Below, piece by piece: positions 31,944 to 41,933 of a stretch of 64,000 nt of DNA. The notes beneath the pieces were generated by a model. That model ran no database searches and was not told the origin of the DNA. It worked only from the letters and a program-made list of their open reading frames with translations. Location of the stretch: assembly GCA_965263295.1 (NCBI GenBank), contig OZ253665.1, positions 352,001-416,000 on the forward strand. The letters run 5' to 3'. Within the stretch, counting starts at the first letter, position 1. Each line of letters starts with the position of its first letter. Source of the stretch: Spirochaetia bacterium. Its GTDB lineage: Bacteria; Spirochaetota; Spirochaetia; SP-2023. A program made the translations under genes and the position numbers.

Positions 31944-32963
31944 TCATTGTTTACCCCATTGCAGCAAGGTGCCCGCATAAGTCAGGCCAGCGCCAAAGCC
32001 AAGGCATAAAATATGGTCTCCGGCCTTGAGTTGACCGCTGGCGGCGAGCTCGGACAATGCGATGGGTATCGAAGCGGCGGAAGTGTTTGCGTAGCGATCA
32101 ATGTTAGTAAAGAATTTTTCCATGGGAATTTTTTCCCGCTTGGCGATGGCTTGAATGATGCGCAGGTTGGCCTGATGGGGGACGATGTAACGCAAGTCGC
32201 CGATTTGAATATCGTTGCGCTCTAGAATTGCGTGCAAAATCTCTTGGTTGGCGGCCACCGCGAAATTATAGACGGCCCGGCCATCCATTTCTATATTTTT
32301 GCGAGGATTATCTCGATTCAATGCGTAGCGACTGCCACCTTCGGGAACCCAGAGCTTTTCGGCGCCGCTGCCGTCACTTTTCATTATGATGTCTAAAATT
32401 AGGGTTGATTCTCGGCCATCGCGACTGAGTAAGGCTGCGCCCGCGCCATCGCCAAAAAGTATGCAGGTTGAACGGTCCTGCCAATTGACGATTCTGGAGA
32501 AAACTTCAGAACCGATGACCATGGCTTTGTTGTAATGGGGGTTGCTGGCGATCATTGACCGTGCGATTTCGAGAGCGTATATAAAGCCGGAACAGGCGGC
32601 CGTGATGTCGAAGGCGACAGCTTTGCGGCAGCCCAGTTTATCTTGCAGAATGCAGGCTGTAGCTGGGAAACTGGTAAAGTCGGGAGTCGATGTGGCCATG
32701 ACGATCAAGTCAATCTCGTGGGCATCCAGCTCGCTTTGCGCGAGAACCTGTCGGGCCGCAGCAAGGGCTAAGTCAGAGGCTGACTGTTGTTCGGAAGCTA
32801 TGTGGCGCTGCCGAATGCCGGTATGTGAAACAATCCATTCATCTGAGGTATTGATGGTTTGAGCTAGTTCTGCGTTGCTGACGACGCGTTCCGGCACGTA
32901 ATAAGCAAAACCTGTAATGGCTATGTATCTAGGGTTTATAGGTTTTTCAACTGCATTTTCCAT
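31944..32963 (-). CDS. fabH: Beta-ketoacyl-ACP synthase III (upstream copy)
   Basis: NTSDEWIVSHTGI, AACSGF, LFGDGAGA, PHQAN, NTSAASIP, GFGAGLT. Start at ATG 32963 after GGAG. Confidence 0.93.
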   Translation of the reverse strand: MENAVEKPINPRYIAITGFAYYVPERVVSNAELAQTINTSDEWIVSHTGIRQRHIASEQQSASDLALAAARQVLAQSELDAHEIDLIVMATSTPDFTSFPATACILQDKLGCRKAVAFDITAACSGFIYALEIARSMIASNPHYNKAMVIGSEVFSRIVNWQDRSTCILFGDGAGAALLSRDGRESTLILDIIMKSDGSGAEKLWVPEGGSRYALNRDNPRKNIEMDGRAVYNFAVAANQEILHAILERNDIQIGDLRYIVPHQANLRIIQAIAKREKIPMEKFFTNIDRYANTSAASIPIALSELAASGQLKAGDHILCLGFGAGLTYAGTLLQWGKQ

Positions 32964-33308
32964 TACTACTCCATGCAATTTGAGTGATTTTTGCCGGCCA
33001 CAGCAGCAGAGAATTAGGCGCCTAGATTACCGCGGCCCTAATATTGAGGTCAATTAGATTGGGAAATAAAGCGAAATGATTGGAAGTTTATTCAGATTTG
33101 GGCAATGTTTTGTCATTGATGTTTTCTTTGCCCCATGTGTTTAATTTGATGATGTAAATTCACTTATAAATGAATCCTGTAGCTCAATCTAAAAAAGAAT
33201 GAATATATTATTATAAAATATTCAAAATAGTTCTGCATCCAGTATTGACATTCGCATAGATAATTCTATATACAATGCGACATCTTTTTGTATTTAGGAG
33301 TATACTAG

Positions 33309-34412
33309 ATGTTTAAACGAATGAATTATTATTCCATAATAATTTTTGTTTTCATTTCATGCGTGATGGCCGGGTGCCAAAAAAAACTTGCGCGTCAAGA
33401 TCAGGCTGTTCAAGCTACAGATGAAGCGGTGCCATTAGTTGTGGCCACAATTGCCCCTTATGCTTATTTGCTGCAGCAGTTGGCCGGTGAGAGTATTCAA
33501 ATCATGAATACGAGCGAGCATTCGGCAGACCCGCACATAGTCAATCTGTCGCCACAACAAGCGATTCAACTGCAGGAGGCCACATTATTTCTTAGCCTCA
33601 ATCCTCAAGAAGAGAGTGTCATTTACAAGGGATTGGGAGAGGATACCCGAATTGTCGAGATGTGGCACGGGTTTGATCTTCTAGCTTCAAAGCATCATCA
33701 TAGTCACGATCACGAAGGCCACGAGCATGAAGATCAGGATCATGAAGGTCACGAGCATGAAGATCAGGATCATGAAGGCCACGAGCATGAAGATCAGGAT
33801 CATGAAGGTCACGAGCATGAAGATCAGGATCATGAAGGTCACGAGCATGAAGATCAGGATCACGAAGGCCACGAGCATGAAGATCAGGATCACGAAGGCC
33901 ACGAGCATGAAGATCAAGAGCATGAAGGTTGGGATGAACATTTCTGGCTGAGTCCGACTGCTCTGCCTATTCAGATTGAGACCATGGCGCGCGAGCTGAG
34001 CCGACTATTGCCCGAAGAACAGGTCACCATTGATAGGAACAAGGAGGTCTTGCTCGAACGCTGCAAAGACTTGGAGGAGATTCTTGTTCAGAGTTTGCCT
34101 GAGTTGCAAAATGGAAAAATTTTCTCTTTCCACTCCGCGCTGTCTTATCTGGCTGATTTCTTTGGAGCGGAAGAAATGTATGTTGAGTCTGAAGGTATTG
34201 AATTAGGCTCGGATGCAATGCTTCATTTAAGTGAAGAAATCAAAGAGCTGAGCCATCCGGTGCTGGTATATTCTCCGCAGTTTCAGCAGGAAAAGGCCAA
34301 GGCTTTGGGCGAGCAGCTTCAATTAGAGCTTGTGGAATTTAATCCCGTAGAGCCGAACGTCTTTGAGAACTTAAAGGATTTTGCGGCTCGTTTGCACAAT
34401 ACTTTGGAATAG
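33309..34412 (+). CDS. znuA: Zn/Mn ABC transporter substrate-binding lipoprotein (ZnuA/AdcA-like)
   Basis: Lipobox MAGC. Metal-ligand His motifs DPH, DEHFWLSP and FHSAL. His-rich loop. Followed by ATPase and permease genes. Confidence 0.85.
   Translation: MFKRMNYYSIIIFVFISCVMAGCQKKLARQDQAVQATDEAVPLVVATIAPYAYLLQQLAGESIQIMNTSEHSADPHIVNLSPQQAIQLQEATLFLSLNPQEESVIYKGLGEDTRIVEMWHGFDLLASKHHHSHDHEGHEHEDQDHEGHEHEDQDHEGHEHEDQDHEGHEHEDQDHEGHEHEDQDHEGHEHEDQDHEGHEHEDQEHEGWDEHFWLSPTALPIQIETMARELSRLLPEEQVTIDRNKEVLLERCKDLEEILVQSLPELQNGKIFSFHSALSYLADFFGAEEMYVESEGIELGSDAMLHLSEEIKELSHPVLVYSPQFQQEKAKALGEQLQLELVEFNPVEPNVFENLKDFAARLHNTLE
33708..33929 (+). repeat. Coding tandem repeat, 30 bp x 7.4 (DHEGHEHEDQ)
   Basis: Seven full units of gatca(c/t)gaagg(c/t)cacgagcatgaagatca(g/a) at 33708-33917, plus a partial unit. 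Confidence 0.97.
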
Positions 34413-34423
34413 CTTTGCAAAAC

Positions 34424-34456
34424 AAGCTCCGGGCTTATTAGTAGTGCCCGGAGCTT
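34424..34456 (+). terminator. Strong hairpin between znuA and znuC
   Basis: aagctccgggc-N11-gcccggagctt perfect 11-bp stem with only a short T tail, so it may be a stabiliser or partial terminator. Confidence 0.6.
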
Positions 34457-34692
34457 TAGGGGTGCCTGCTTGTCCATCCATCAATTAAATTTAATCTGCT
34501 TTTTTAGCGTAAAAGCCGAAAAACATGGTTTAAATTTATGATTGGAACTGTCGTCCAGGGGGAAGGGAAGGGGCATCATTGTTTTGTAATTGATGTCTTA
34601 TTTTAAAGTGGAAATGATTTCCTAATATAAGAGGGCTGTGTACCGTCGCTACAAGGCTTGATTTTGGGTGCAGAGTGGATTTGGAGTGATCA

Positions 34693-35577
34693 ATGGGCGA
34701 CAAAGCAATTGAAATCAAGAACTTATATTTCCGTTACGCCAACACATCAAGAGTCATATTTGCAGACTTTAATTGGTCGGTAAATAAAGGCGATTTTTGG
34801 GTTTTAGTTGGAGCTAACGGTAGTGGTAAGACCAGCCTCATTCGATTGTTACTGGGTTTAGAATATCCAGAAACGGGGACTATCTCTATTTTAGGGAATA
34901 ACTTATCTAAGGCATCAAGCCTGTCTATTGGCTCTCGCGAGCGTGCGATCCGAGCACAAATAAGTCATGTGCCGCAGTACTTGCAGTTTGATCGACGTTT
35001 GCCTATTCCCGTTTTAGACGTGGTAGAAGGCGGAACCTTGTCGTATTCATTTTGGCGAGGGCTGCGGCGCGGTCCAACGGCTAAGCAGCGTCAGGAGACT
35101 TGTCTGGAGTCTTTGGCACAGGTGGGTTTGGAGTCTTTGGCCAAAGAGAGTTTTTCTGTTCTTTCTGGAGGTCAGAAACAGCGTGTGCTCATCGCGAGGG
35201 CCCTGGCCGCTCGGTCTCCCATCTTGATTTTGGATGAGCCAACCGCTTCGGTAGACCCAACGGCAGCCCGGGAAATAGTGCACATTTGCCAGAAGCTCAG
35301 AAAACAGCACACGATTTTATTTGTGTCACATGACATCAGTGTGATTCCTTCGGTCTGTGAGCACATTTTATGTATTAATCCTTCTGGGGACCCAATTGTG
35401 CAAGTTCCGCCCTCGGTTGGCGCGATAGTGCATTCGCACGATGTGCGGGGGATGTCTCGCGCAGAGATTCTATTTTTATTATATAGCCATTGGGGCTTGA
35501 CGAATGACAATGCACAAAATCTTGCACCATCGCACAAACAGCATGAAACTGAAACTCCTAGAGTAGACATAATATGA
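34693..35577 (+). CDS. znuC: Metal ABC transporter ATP-binding protein (ZnuC-like)
   Basis: Walker A GANGSGKT, signature LSGGQKQR, Walker B ILILDEPT, VSHD. Confidence 0.85.
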   Translation: MGDKAIEIKNLYFRYANTSRVIFADFNWSVNKGDFWVLVGANGSGKTSLIRLLLGLEYPETGTISILGNNLSKASSLSIGSRERAIRAQISHVPQYLQFDRRLPIPVLDVVEGGTLSYSFWRGLRRGPTAKQRQETCLESLAQVGLESLAKESFSVLSGGQKQRVLIARALAARSPILILDEPTASVDPTAAREIVHICQKLRKQHTILFVSHDISVIPSVCEHILCINPSGDPIVQVPPSVGAIVHSHDVRGMSRAEILFLLYSHWGLTNDNAQNLAPSHKQHETETPRVDII

Positions 35578-36446
35578 GCGGCATCTGGCAATATCTGTTT
35601 GTAGAGGAAGGGCGGCCCCTGCTGTATGCTTTTCTGTTCTTGCTATTGGCGGCTCCAAGTTTTGGTACCATTGGCGTCTATGTCAACTTGAAAGATTACA
35701 GTGCCAGTATAGGTACAATTGCTCATGCCTCACTGTTGGGCTTGGGCTTGGCAAAATATTCGGCTTACTACTGGGGTTGGACACATTTTTCGCCGTTCTG
35801 GGGAATGTTGCTGGTTTCTTGTATCACAGCTATTATTTTATTTATAGCCGATTCGTTCAAGACGATCCGTATTGGAACATTACTCAATGTGATTTGGAGC
35901 ACCGGTATGGCTGTCGGTATTTTATTGCTCCAGAATGTGCCAGGTGGCGTAAGCATTCATAGCTATCTATGGGGTAATATTTTAATTGTGCGTAGCGAAG
36001 ACCTGTGGGAATTGCTTGCATTAGATCTGCTTGTCTTTTTGGCTTTGATTATGCCGTGGCGTTACCAGCAGTTGTTTATCTTTGATGAGGAGTTCGCCCG
36101 CAGTCGGGGAATGGCCCACAAAATATATAGTTTTATTTTTTATCTGCTAATTTCATATTCAATTACTGTTATCATTTCAGCGGTGGGAATATTATTAAGT
36201 CTCGGATTGTACAGTATCCCCAGTTCTATTGCCAACCTGTATGCGCGGAATTTCAAGCAAATGATAGCCTATTCCGTCGTCGTGTTGTTTTTGAGCTCTT
36301 GGATTGGCCTAATCATCAGTATTGAAACTGATACCTCGCCGAGTTCCTTTATGATTGTAATATTGGTCGCGATTTATTTGCTATTGGCTACCAGCAAATA
36401 CTTGCTGAAGTTGCGCAGCAAGCTGCGGATCATGCCTGAGAGTTAA
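35574..36446 (+). CDS. znuB: Metal ABC transporter permease (ZnuB-like)
   Basis: IAHASLLG, SYLWGNIL, FDEEFARSRG, VGILL. Highly hydrophobic; overlaps the znuC stop (ATGA). Confidence 0.85.
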   Translation: MSGIWQYLFVEEGRPLLYAFLFLLLAAPSFGTIGVYVNLKDYSASIGTIAHASLLGLGLAKYSAYYWGWTHFSPFWGMLLVSCITAIILFIADSFKTIRIGTLLNVIWSTGMAVGILLLQNVPGGVSIHSYLWGNILIVRSEDLWELLALDLLVFLALIMPWRYQQLFIFDEEFARSRGMAHKIYSFIFYLLISYSITVIISAVGILLSLGLYSIPSSIANLYARNFKQMIAYSVVVLFLSSWIGLIISIETDTSPSSFMIVILVAIYLLLATSKYLLKLRSKLRIMPES

Positions 36447-36746
36447 GGCATGTCCCAACTTAACCTCAATTTTTCTCATGGCCCTATATTTATTCGCTCT
36501 TTTTTTTATTATAAATTGAAATATTTTTGAGTTCATTTTATACTGAATCATATCTCAAAGAAATATTTCTTGTCGTGATTTATGCTATACTCTAGGGACT
36601 AAAATCGCAAGTCATTGTTGCTGTTGCAGTACCTTAATTTTGTAAAGATAATTTATTCAGGTAATCCTGGAAGTAAAGTTGATTTTAGACAATTAAAACT
36701 CAATTTACTGTATATCTTTAATCTCTGGTCTATGCAAATAAGACTT

Positions 36747-37868
36747 ATGAAAATTTTTTTACTCATTATCTCAATGTTATTGATCTTGGCCATCGAAGTT
36801 GTGGAAGCTATAGAAGTTTTTGCTCCAGCTCGGCTCTCTGCTCAGCAGAGGTCTCCTTATTCTCGAAAGAATAATGCGTCTGGCCAACAGCCGCAATACG
36901 CAGCAGATACTTCTCAAAGACAGGGCAACACAGAAAAAGAGCTTGAGCTTGCAAAGGTGGAAACAGAAGATAAATTGAGCGATAAAAACAGTTTCAGTTT
37001 AGACCTACAAATTGGTTACATCTATGGTGAAGTCCGCGAGTTGCTAATGGCTAGCTCGGACAACTATGATAAGGTGGACCGTCAACTGACCTGGAAAATG
37101 CAAGATACCCTGACCATGTCTGCCAGCTTTGCGGCCATATTGAAGCAGACCTATTTCAGGTTGGGGGCGTCTCTGCCGCTGATCTTGACTAAAGCTCCGA
37201 TGGAAGAGCTCGGCTGGCGCTTTGATGAGCAGTCAGGGCGCATGTCAGATTACAGTGGGTTCGCCAGTCAATATTCGCTCAGTGATACCGAAAACGAGCT
37301 TTCGTTTTCGGCCTACGGCATCGGTGCCGTAAATCTGTTGAAAGGGTTCAATGCCCCGCGACTGGAGCTGGGGCTTTCTGTCTTGTACATGACTTGGGGT
37401 TGGCGGGCCCTAAAAACTAGGGGCCTGAGCTTGGCATCTGATGGCAGTTTCGAAGTTGTCGCCCCTTCACCTGCTTCGGGGGACACTGTCCGTTACCGAG
37501 TGCACCACTTGGCAGCGGCAATCAGTAGTCGTTTTTCTTTCAAGTGGAGAATTTACGGCATGGAAGTATTGCTGAATTATTCGCCTTCGGCCATCTTTTT
37601 TGACCGCGATAAACACATAGTCACGGGAGTAAGTTCAAATGGCTTTGGGTTTCTGGGGCAAATGTTTTGGGGTACTGTCACCAATCGCTTCTGGATTACT
37701 GACAACTTGTCGATGAATTTTGGTATACGGGGTAAAGTCCTGTTGAGGACGAGAATCGGCTCTCTGGTACAAAAAAATAACAATGGAGAAAAAACAACTA
37801 GGTCCAATGCTGCCGGCTCGGAATATTTTGATATGGAAGTTTTTGCTGGCCTGACTCTACGCTTCTAG
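36747..37868 (+). CDS. Putative outer-membrane beta-barrel protein, omptin-like
   Basis: Signal peptide, alternating amphipathic strands, C-terminal GLTLRF. GYIYGEVRELL...QLTWK and DKH resemble omptin segments. Confidence 0.5.
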   Translation: MKIFLLIISMLLILAIEVVEAIEVFAPARLSAQQRSPYSRKNNASGQQPQYAADTSQRQGNTEKELELAKVETEDKLSDKNSFSLDLQIGYIYGEVRELLMASSDNYDKVDRQLTWKMQDTLTMSASFAAILKQTYFRLGASLPLILTKAPMEELGWRFDEQSGRMSDYSGFASQYSLSDTENELSFSAYGIGAVNLLKGFNAPRLELGLSVLYMTWGWRALKTRGLSLASDGSFEVVAPSPASGDTVRYRVHHLAAAISSRFSFKWRIYGMEVLLNYSPSAIFFDRDKHIVTGVSSNGFGFLGQMFWGTVTNRFWITDNLSMNFGIRGKVLLRTRIGSLVQKNNNGEKTTRSNAAGSEYFDMEVFAGLTLRF

Positions 37869-38049
37869 CTGTATTTGTATGGTGTTTGCCTACATCAGAG
37901 CTTGTTTTTTGCCCGTAGTCTAATTATGATGCGGGATGGACTGAGATAAAATCTCAGAATTATTTTGCTTTTGCGCTACAACTGTGGCTCTGTTTGCATT
38001 CTTGTTTATTGAGCATTATAGCTGAGACTTCACGAAGGAGAAAAAAAAT

Positions 38050-39690
38050 ATGGCACTGACTCTGACGAAAAACCCGCACTGGAAAGTGCGTCGCGGCCCT
38101 GTCGTCTTGTGTATTCTTGATGGTGTTGCTTACGGCAAGCATCCTGAAGGGGACGCTGTGCAGCAAGCGCACATGCCCAATTTTAAGGGTTTAGAGCAGA
38201 GTTGTCCGGCAACTCGGCTGAAGGCTCACGGTACGGCTGTCGGCTTGCCCGACGATGGAGATATGGGCAATAGTGAAGTCGGACACAATGCCATCGGGTC
38301 GGGACGCATCTTCGACCAAGGGGCTAAGCTGGTCAGGAACGCTCTGCTGGATGGTTCTCTGTATGCGGGTGAAACTTGGCGCAAGGCCATACAAAATGTT
38401 CTGTCTAACAATGGGACTTTGCATTTCATTGGTCTCATTTCGGATGGGAATGTCCATTCTCACTGGAATCATTTAAAAATGATGGTTGAGCAAGCCAGGG
38501 AGGAAGGTGTCAAGACGGTGCGTATCCACGGTTTGACCGATGGCCGGGATGTGGATGAAAAGTCCGCGCTGCATTACTTTGGGCCATTGGAAGAAATGTT
38601 GTCCCAGTTGAATCAGCGAGGTAGTTTTGACGCGCGCATCGCCTCTGGTGGGGGGCGCATGGTCCTGACCATGGACCGTTATGAAGCCGACTGGGCCATG
38701 GTCGAGCGCGGTTGGCAAACTCATGTCTTAGGGCAAGGTCGTCAATTTGCTTCGGCCTGTGAAGCGATTCAGACCTTGTATGACGAGAGTGGCAAGACAG
38801 ACCAGAATCTCGATCCCTTCGTCGTCGGGGAAAACGGCCAAGCTATCGGCGCCATGCAAGATGGTGATTCGGTTTTGTTATTCAACTTTCGCGGTGACCG
38901 GGCCATTGAAATTAGCCGGGCTTTTGACGAGGAAGATTTCCCGGCCTTTGATCGTGTGCGCGTGCCCAAGGTTTTTTATGCCGGCATGATGGAATACGAT
39001 GGCGATCTACATGTCCCGAAGAATTTCCTCGTTTCACCACCAGCTATTGATCGCACTATGGGCGAATATTTGGCAAACATGGGAATTGCTCAGTTCGCGA
39101 CGAGCGAAACACAGAAGTATGGCCATGTAACGTATTTTTTCAATGGCAACCGCTCGGGCAAGTTTTCTGAAGCGCAAGAAACCTACTGGGAAGTGCCTTC
39201 GGATAATATCAGCTTTGACGAGAAGCCGGAAATGAAAGTGGACTTGATCACAGAAGCAGTGGTCGAGGCCATTGAGAGTTCTCGGTACCAGTTTGTGCGC
39301 TTAAACTACGCCAATGGGGATATGGTCGGACATACGGGAAATCTTAAAGCCACAATTCAGGCCCTCGAAAAAGTTGACGAAGGCTTGGGCAAGCTGGTGG
39401 AAGCGGTTAAAAAGAGTGGCGGGGTCCTGTTGATTACGGCTGACCACGGCAATGCCGATGAAATGTATGAAATTGACAAGAAGACAAAACAGATAAATAC
39501 TGGTAAAGTAAAAACTTCACACACCCTCAATCCGGTGCCATTTATCGTTTACGACCCAGAATATCGAGGTGAATACAAACCGGCATTGAAGCAAGGGCTG
39601 GGTATCAGCTCGGTGACGGCCACTTGTTTGAATTTCCTGGCTTTTCAGGCTCCCGAAGATTACATGCCTTCAATTATTGAGCTAAATTGA
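38050..39690 (+). CDS. gpmI: 2,3-bisphosphoglycerate-independent phosphoglycerate mutase
   Basis: ILDG, MGNSEVGH, DGNVHSH, DGRD, NFRGDRA, ETQKYGHVTYFFNG, NGDMVGHTG, TADHGNAD. Confidence 0.96.
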   Translation: MALTLTKNPHWKVRRGPVVLCILDGVAYGKHPEGDAVQQAHMPNFKGLEQSCPATRLKAHGTAVGLPDDGDMGNSEVGHNAIGSGRIFDQGAKLVRNALLDGSLYAGETWRKAIQNVLSNNGTLHFIGLISDGNVHSHWNHLKMMVEQAREEGVKTVRIHGLTDGRDVDEKSALHYFGPLEEMLSQLNQRGSFDARIASGGGRMVLTMDRYEADWAMVERGWQTHVLGQGRQFASACEAIQTLYDESGKTDQNLDPFVVGENGQAIGAMQDGDSVLLFNFRGDRAIEISRAFDEEDFPAFDRVRVPKVFYAGMMEYDGDLHVPKNFLVSPPAIDRTMGEYLANMGIAQFATSETQKYGHVTYFFNGNRSGKFSEAQETYWEVPSDNISFDEKPEMKVDLITEAVVEAIESSRYQFVRLNYANGDMVGHTGNLKATIQALEKVDEGLGKLVEAVKKSGGVLLITADHGNADEMYEIDKKTKQINTGKVKTSHTLNPVPFIVYDPEYRGEYKPALKQGLGISSVTATCLNFLAFQAPEDYMPSIIELN

Positions 39691-39747
39691 GCTGCAAGTT
39701 AAAGGAATGGCAGCTCAATTTCCAATCTGAGCACAAGTTTGCGTTTC

Positions 39748-39818
39748 TTTTTGTCTTGTTTTTTGTCTTGTTTTTTGTCTTGTTTTTTGCCTCGTTTTTT
39801 GCCTCGTTTTTTGCTTTG
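39748..39818. repeat. Intergenic 12-bp tandem repeat x6 upstream of trpD
   Basis: ttttttgtcttg x3 (first copy one T short), ttttttgcctcg x2, ttttttgctttg x1. Confidence 0.9.
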
Positions 39819-39897
39819 GGCGTGAGTTCCGCCGTTGGCAATGGAGGTTAAAGTCGCTGCTCTATATTAGCTCATAGGGAATATTGAAGGCCAATTT

Positions 39898-40986
39898 ATG
39901 ACCGAAGAACTGACTTTGGAACAACAGTTATTGCGCAAGGTGGGGCTAGAAGGGCAGCGGCTCTCTCAAGGCGAGAGTCAGGCTTTAATTGAGCGTATCA
40001 CTAGTGCTGATCTGGGTCCAGAAGAATATATTGCTGTTGGGGCTCTGTTGTGTGCCATGAATATTCGCGGGGAGAGTGCCGAAGAAATTGCCGGGGCAGC
40101 CATGGCCCTGCTGCGCGCAATGAGGAGCCTGGACTTGCACTCGGAATGCCGGGAGTATTACGATATTGTCGGCACTGGCGGCGATGGAAAGTCCACGGTC
40201 AGTGTATCTACGGCGGCATCAATTGCTTTGGCGGCTGTCGGCAGAGAGCAGAATGACGGGGACCTGGCGGTGGCCAAGCATGGCAACCGAGCCGTCAGCG
40301 GCAAGGTCGGGTCGGCCGATGTGCTGCGTGAGTGCGGCGTCAACTTTGACGGTGACGAAGCTCAACTGCGAAAGCAGTTTGGGCGTCACGGCTTCTTGTT
40401 TTTGTTTGCACCGTTTTATCATGCTTCAATGCGCTATGTCGCACCGGTCCGTGCGGCTTTAAAATTCCCCACTATCTTCAATCTTCTCGGTCCGCTGTGT
40501 AATCCTAGTAATCCTGATGGCGCTGCCATCGGCGTCAGTCATGTGGCACGCCTGGAGAGTATGTCGGAGGCTGCGCGTCTGCTGGGTAAAAAAAACTATT
40601 TTTTTTACAGTTCTGAAGATGGCTATGATGAGATTTCTACTGCGGCGCCAAGCCATATATTTTGCGATGGTAAGCTGATTTTAAGCGTAGAGCCAAAAGA
40701 TTTTTTTGCGCCCTTTGTCCTTCCACAGGTTGTGGGTCTGCAAGATTCTGTGAACAAATTTCGTTATATGCTCAGCGGGGCCGCAGGGACACCCGATTGT
40801 TCTGCCCAGGCGGCAGGTATTGATGCTGATCTGGGCCTGCGACTGCACTGGACAGTGTGCTTGAATACGGCTCTGCCTTTGTACCTGTTTGGCAAAGTAG
40901 TGTCGCTCAAAGAGGCATTCGCCCTAGTGGACAGTCTGCTGCGCCAAGGCGCAGGTGCGCGAAAGCTAGAGGAGTTGCAGCAGTAG
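39898..40986 (+). CDS. trpD: Anthranilate phosphoribosyltransferase
   Basis: DIVGTGGDG, AKHGNRAVS, GSADVL, FLFAPFYH, TIFNLLGPLCNP, DGYDEIS. Confidence 0.93.
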   Translation: MTEELTLEQQLLRKVGLEGQRLSQGESQALIERITSADLGPEEYIAVGALLCAMNIRGESAEEIAGAAMALLRAMRSLDLHSECREYYDIVGTGGDGKSTVSVSTAASIALAAVGREQNDGDLAVAKHGNRAVSGKVGSADVLRECGVNFDGDEAQLRKQFGRHGFLFLFAPFYHASMRYVAPVRAALKFPTIFNLLGPLCNPSNPDGAAIGVSHVARLESMSEAARLLGKKNYFFYSSEDGYDEISTAAPSHIFCDGKLILSVEPKDFFAPFVLPQVVGLQDSVNKFRYMLSGAAGTPDCSAQAAGIDADLGLRLHWTVCLNTALPLYLFGKVVSLKEAFALVDSLLRQGAGARKLEELQQ

Positions 40987-41009
40987 CGGCTTGAAAATGG
41001 GAGGAATCC

Positions 41010-41933
41010 ATGACTGGGCATATACTAGATCAAATCGTCGAATACAAGCGCAACGACTTGCCGCGCTTGCAGCAAGATTATGCCCTCGATGGGCGGCGAC
41101 GGCAACGCCGTAGGCGCAGTTGCGAAGAACTCTTAGACGCCTTGCAACATCAGCACATCATTGCCGAAATTAAGCGGGCCTCGCCTTCAATGGGCCCAAT
41201 TCACATGGATGTGGACTACTTGGAGCAAGCCCAGAACTACCAGGCCGGCGGGGCTGCCATGATCAGTGTGTTGACGGATGAGCGCTATTTTGCCGGCAGT
41301 TTTCGCTTGCTGGAAGAAATTGGTCGCAAGGTCGATTGTCCTTTGTTGTGTAAGGACTTCATTATTGATGAGTGGCAACTGGACGCGGCGGACTTGGCTG
41401 GAGCCGATGCCGTGTTATTGATTGTCAGTTGCTTTGGAGAGAATTCTGCGGGCGGAGGTCTAGAGCGTTTGCGGCATCTGTATAACTATTCGCTGAGTAA
41501 GGGCTTGCTTCCTTTGGTTGAGATTTATTCCAGTGAAGAGCGCTACGATGCCTATGCTTTGAAACCTCTCTTGTTAGGGGTCAATAGCCGCAATTTAAAA
41601 AGCATGGAAATTGATCTGGCTCAAGGTGCGCAGACTTTGGCCTTAATGCGCCGTGAATTGTCTATGCCGCAGTCAAAGGCGGTGCGCGCGCAGGCAGGCT
41701 TGCCCGATATGCCTTTACTGGCCGGTGAAAGTGGCATTTCGGGGATTGAAGATGCCCGCGCCTGGGCCCAAGCTGGTGCGAACTGTTTGCTGGTTGGGAC
41801 TAGCCTGATGCTGGCAACTAAACACAGTGGCCAAAATGGGCTTCAGGCAAAACAAAATAGTACGGCGCTGGGCCGAGATGAGGTCCTGCGAAAGCGCATC
41901 GCTGAGTTCCAAAATGTTTTTATGGGCAGTTAA
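41010..41933 (+). CDS. trpC: Indole-3-glycerol-phosphate synthase
   Basis: IIAEIKRASPSMG, ISVLTDERYFAGS, LCKDFII, GADAVLLI, GVNSRNL, ESGI, LVGTSLM. Confidence 0.93.
   Translation: MTGHILDQIVEYKRNDLPRLQQDYALDGRRRQRRRRSCEELLDALQHQHIIAEIKRASPSMGPIHMDVDYLEQAQNYQAGGAAMISVLTDERYFAGSFRLLEEIGRKVDCPLLCKDFIIDEWQLDAADLAGADAVLLIVSCFGENSAGGGLERLRHLYNYSLSKGLLPLVEIYSSEERYDAYALKPLLLGVNSRNLKSMEIDLAQGAQTLALMRRELSMPQSKAVRAQAGLPDMPLLAGESGISGIEDARAWAQAGANCLLVGTSLMLATKHSGQNGLQAKQNSTALGRDEVLRKRIAEFQNVFMGS

Noticed and set aside
33708..33929. 30-bp repeats as a CRISPR array
   Set aside because: Units are head-to-tail without spacers, lie in frame within znuA, and no cas genes are present.
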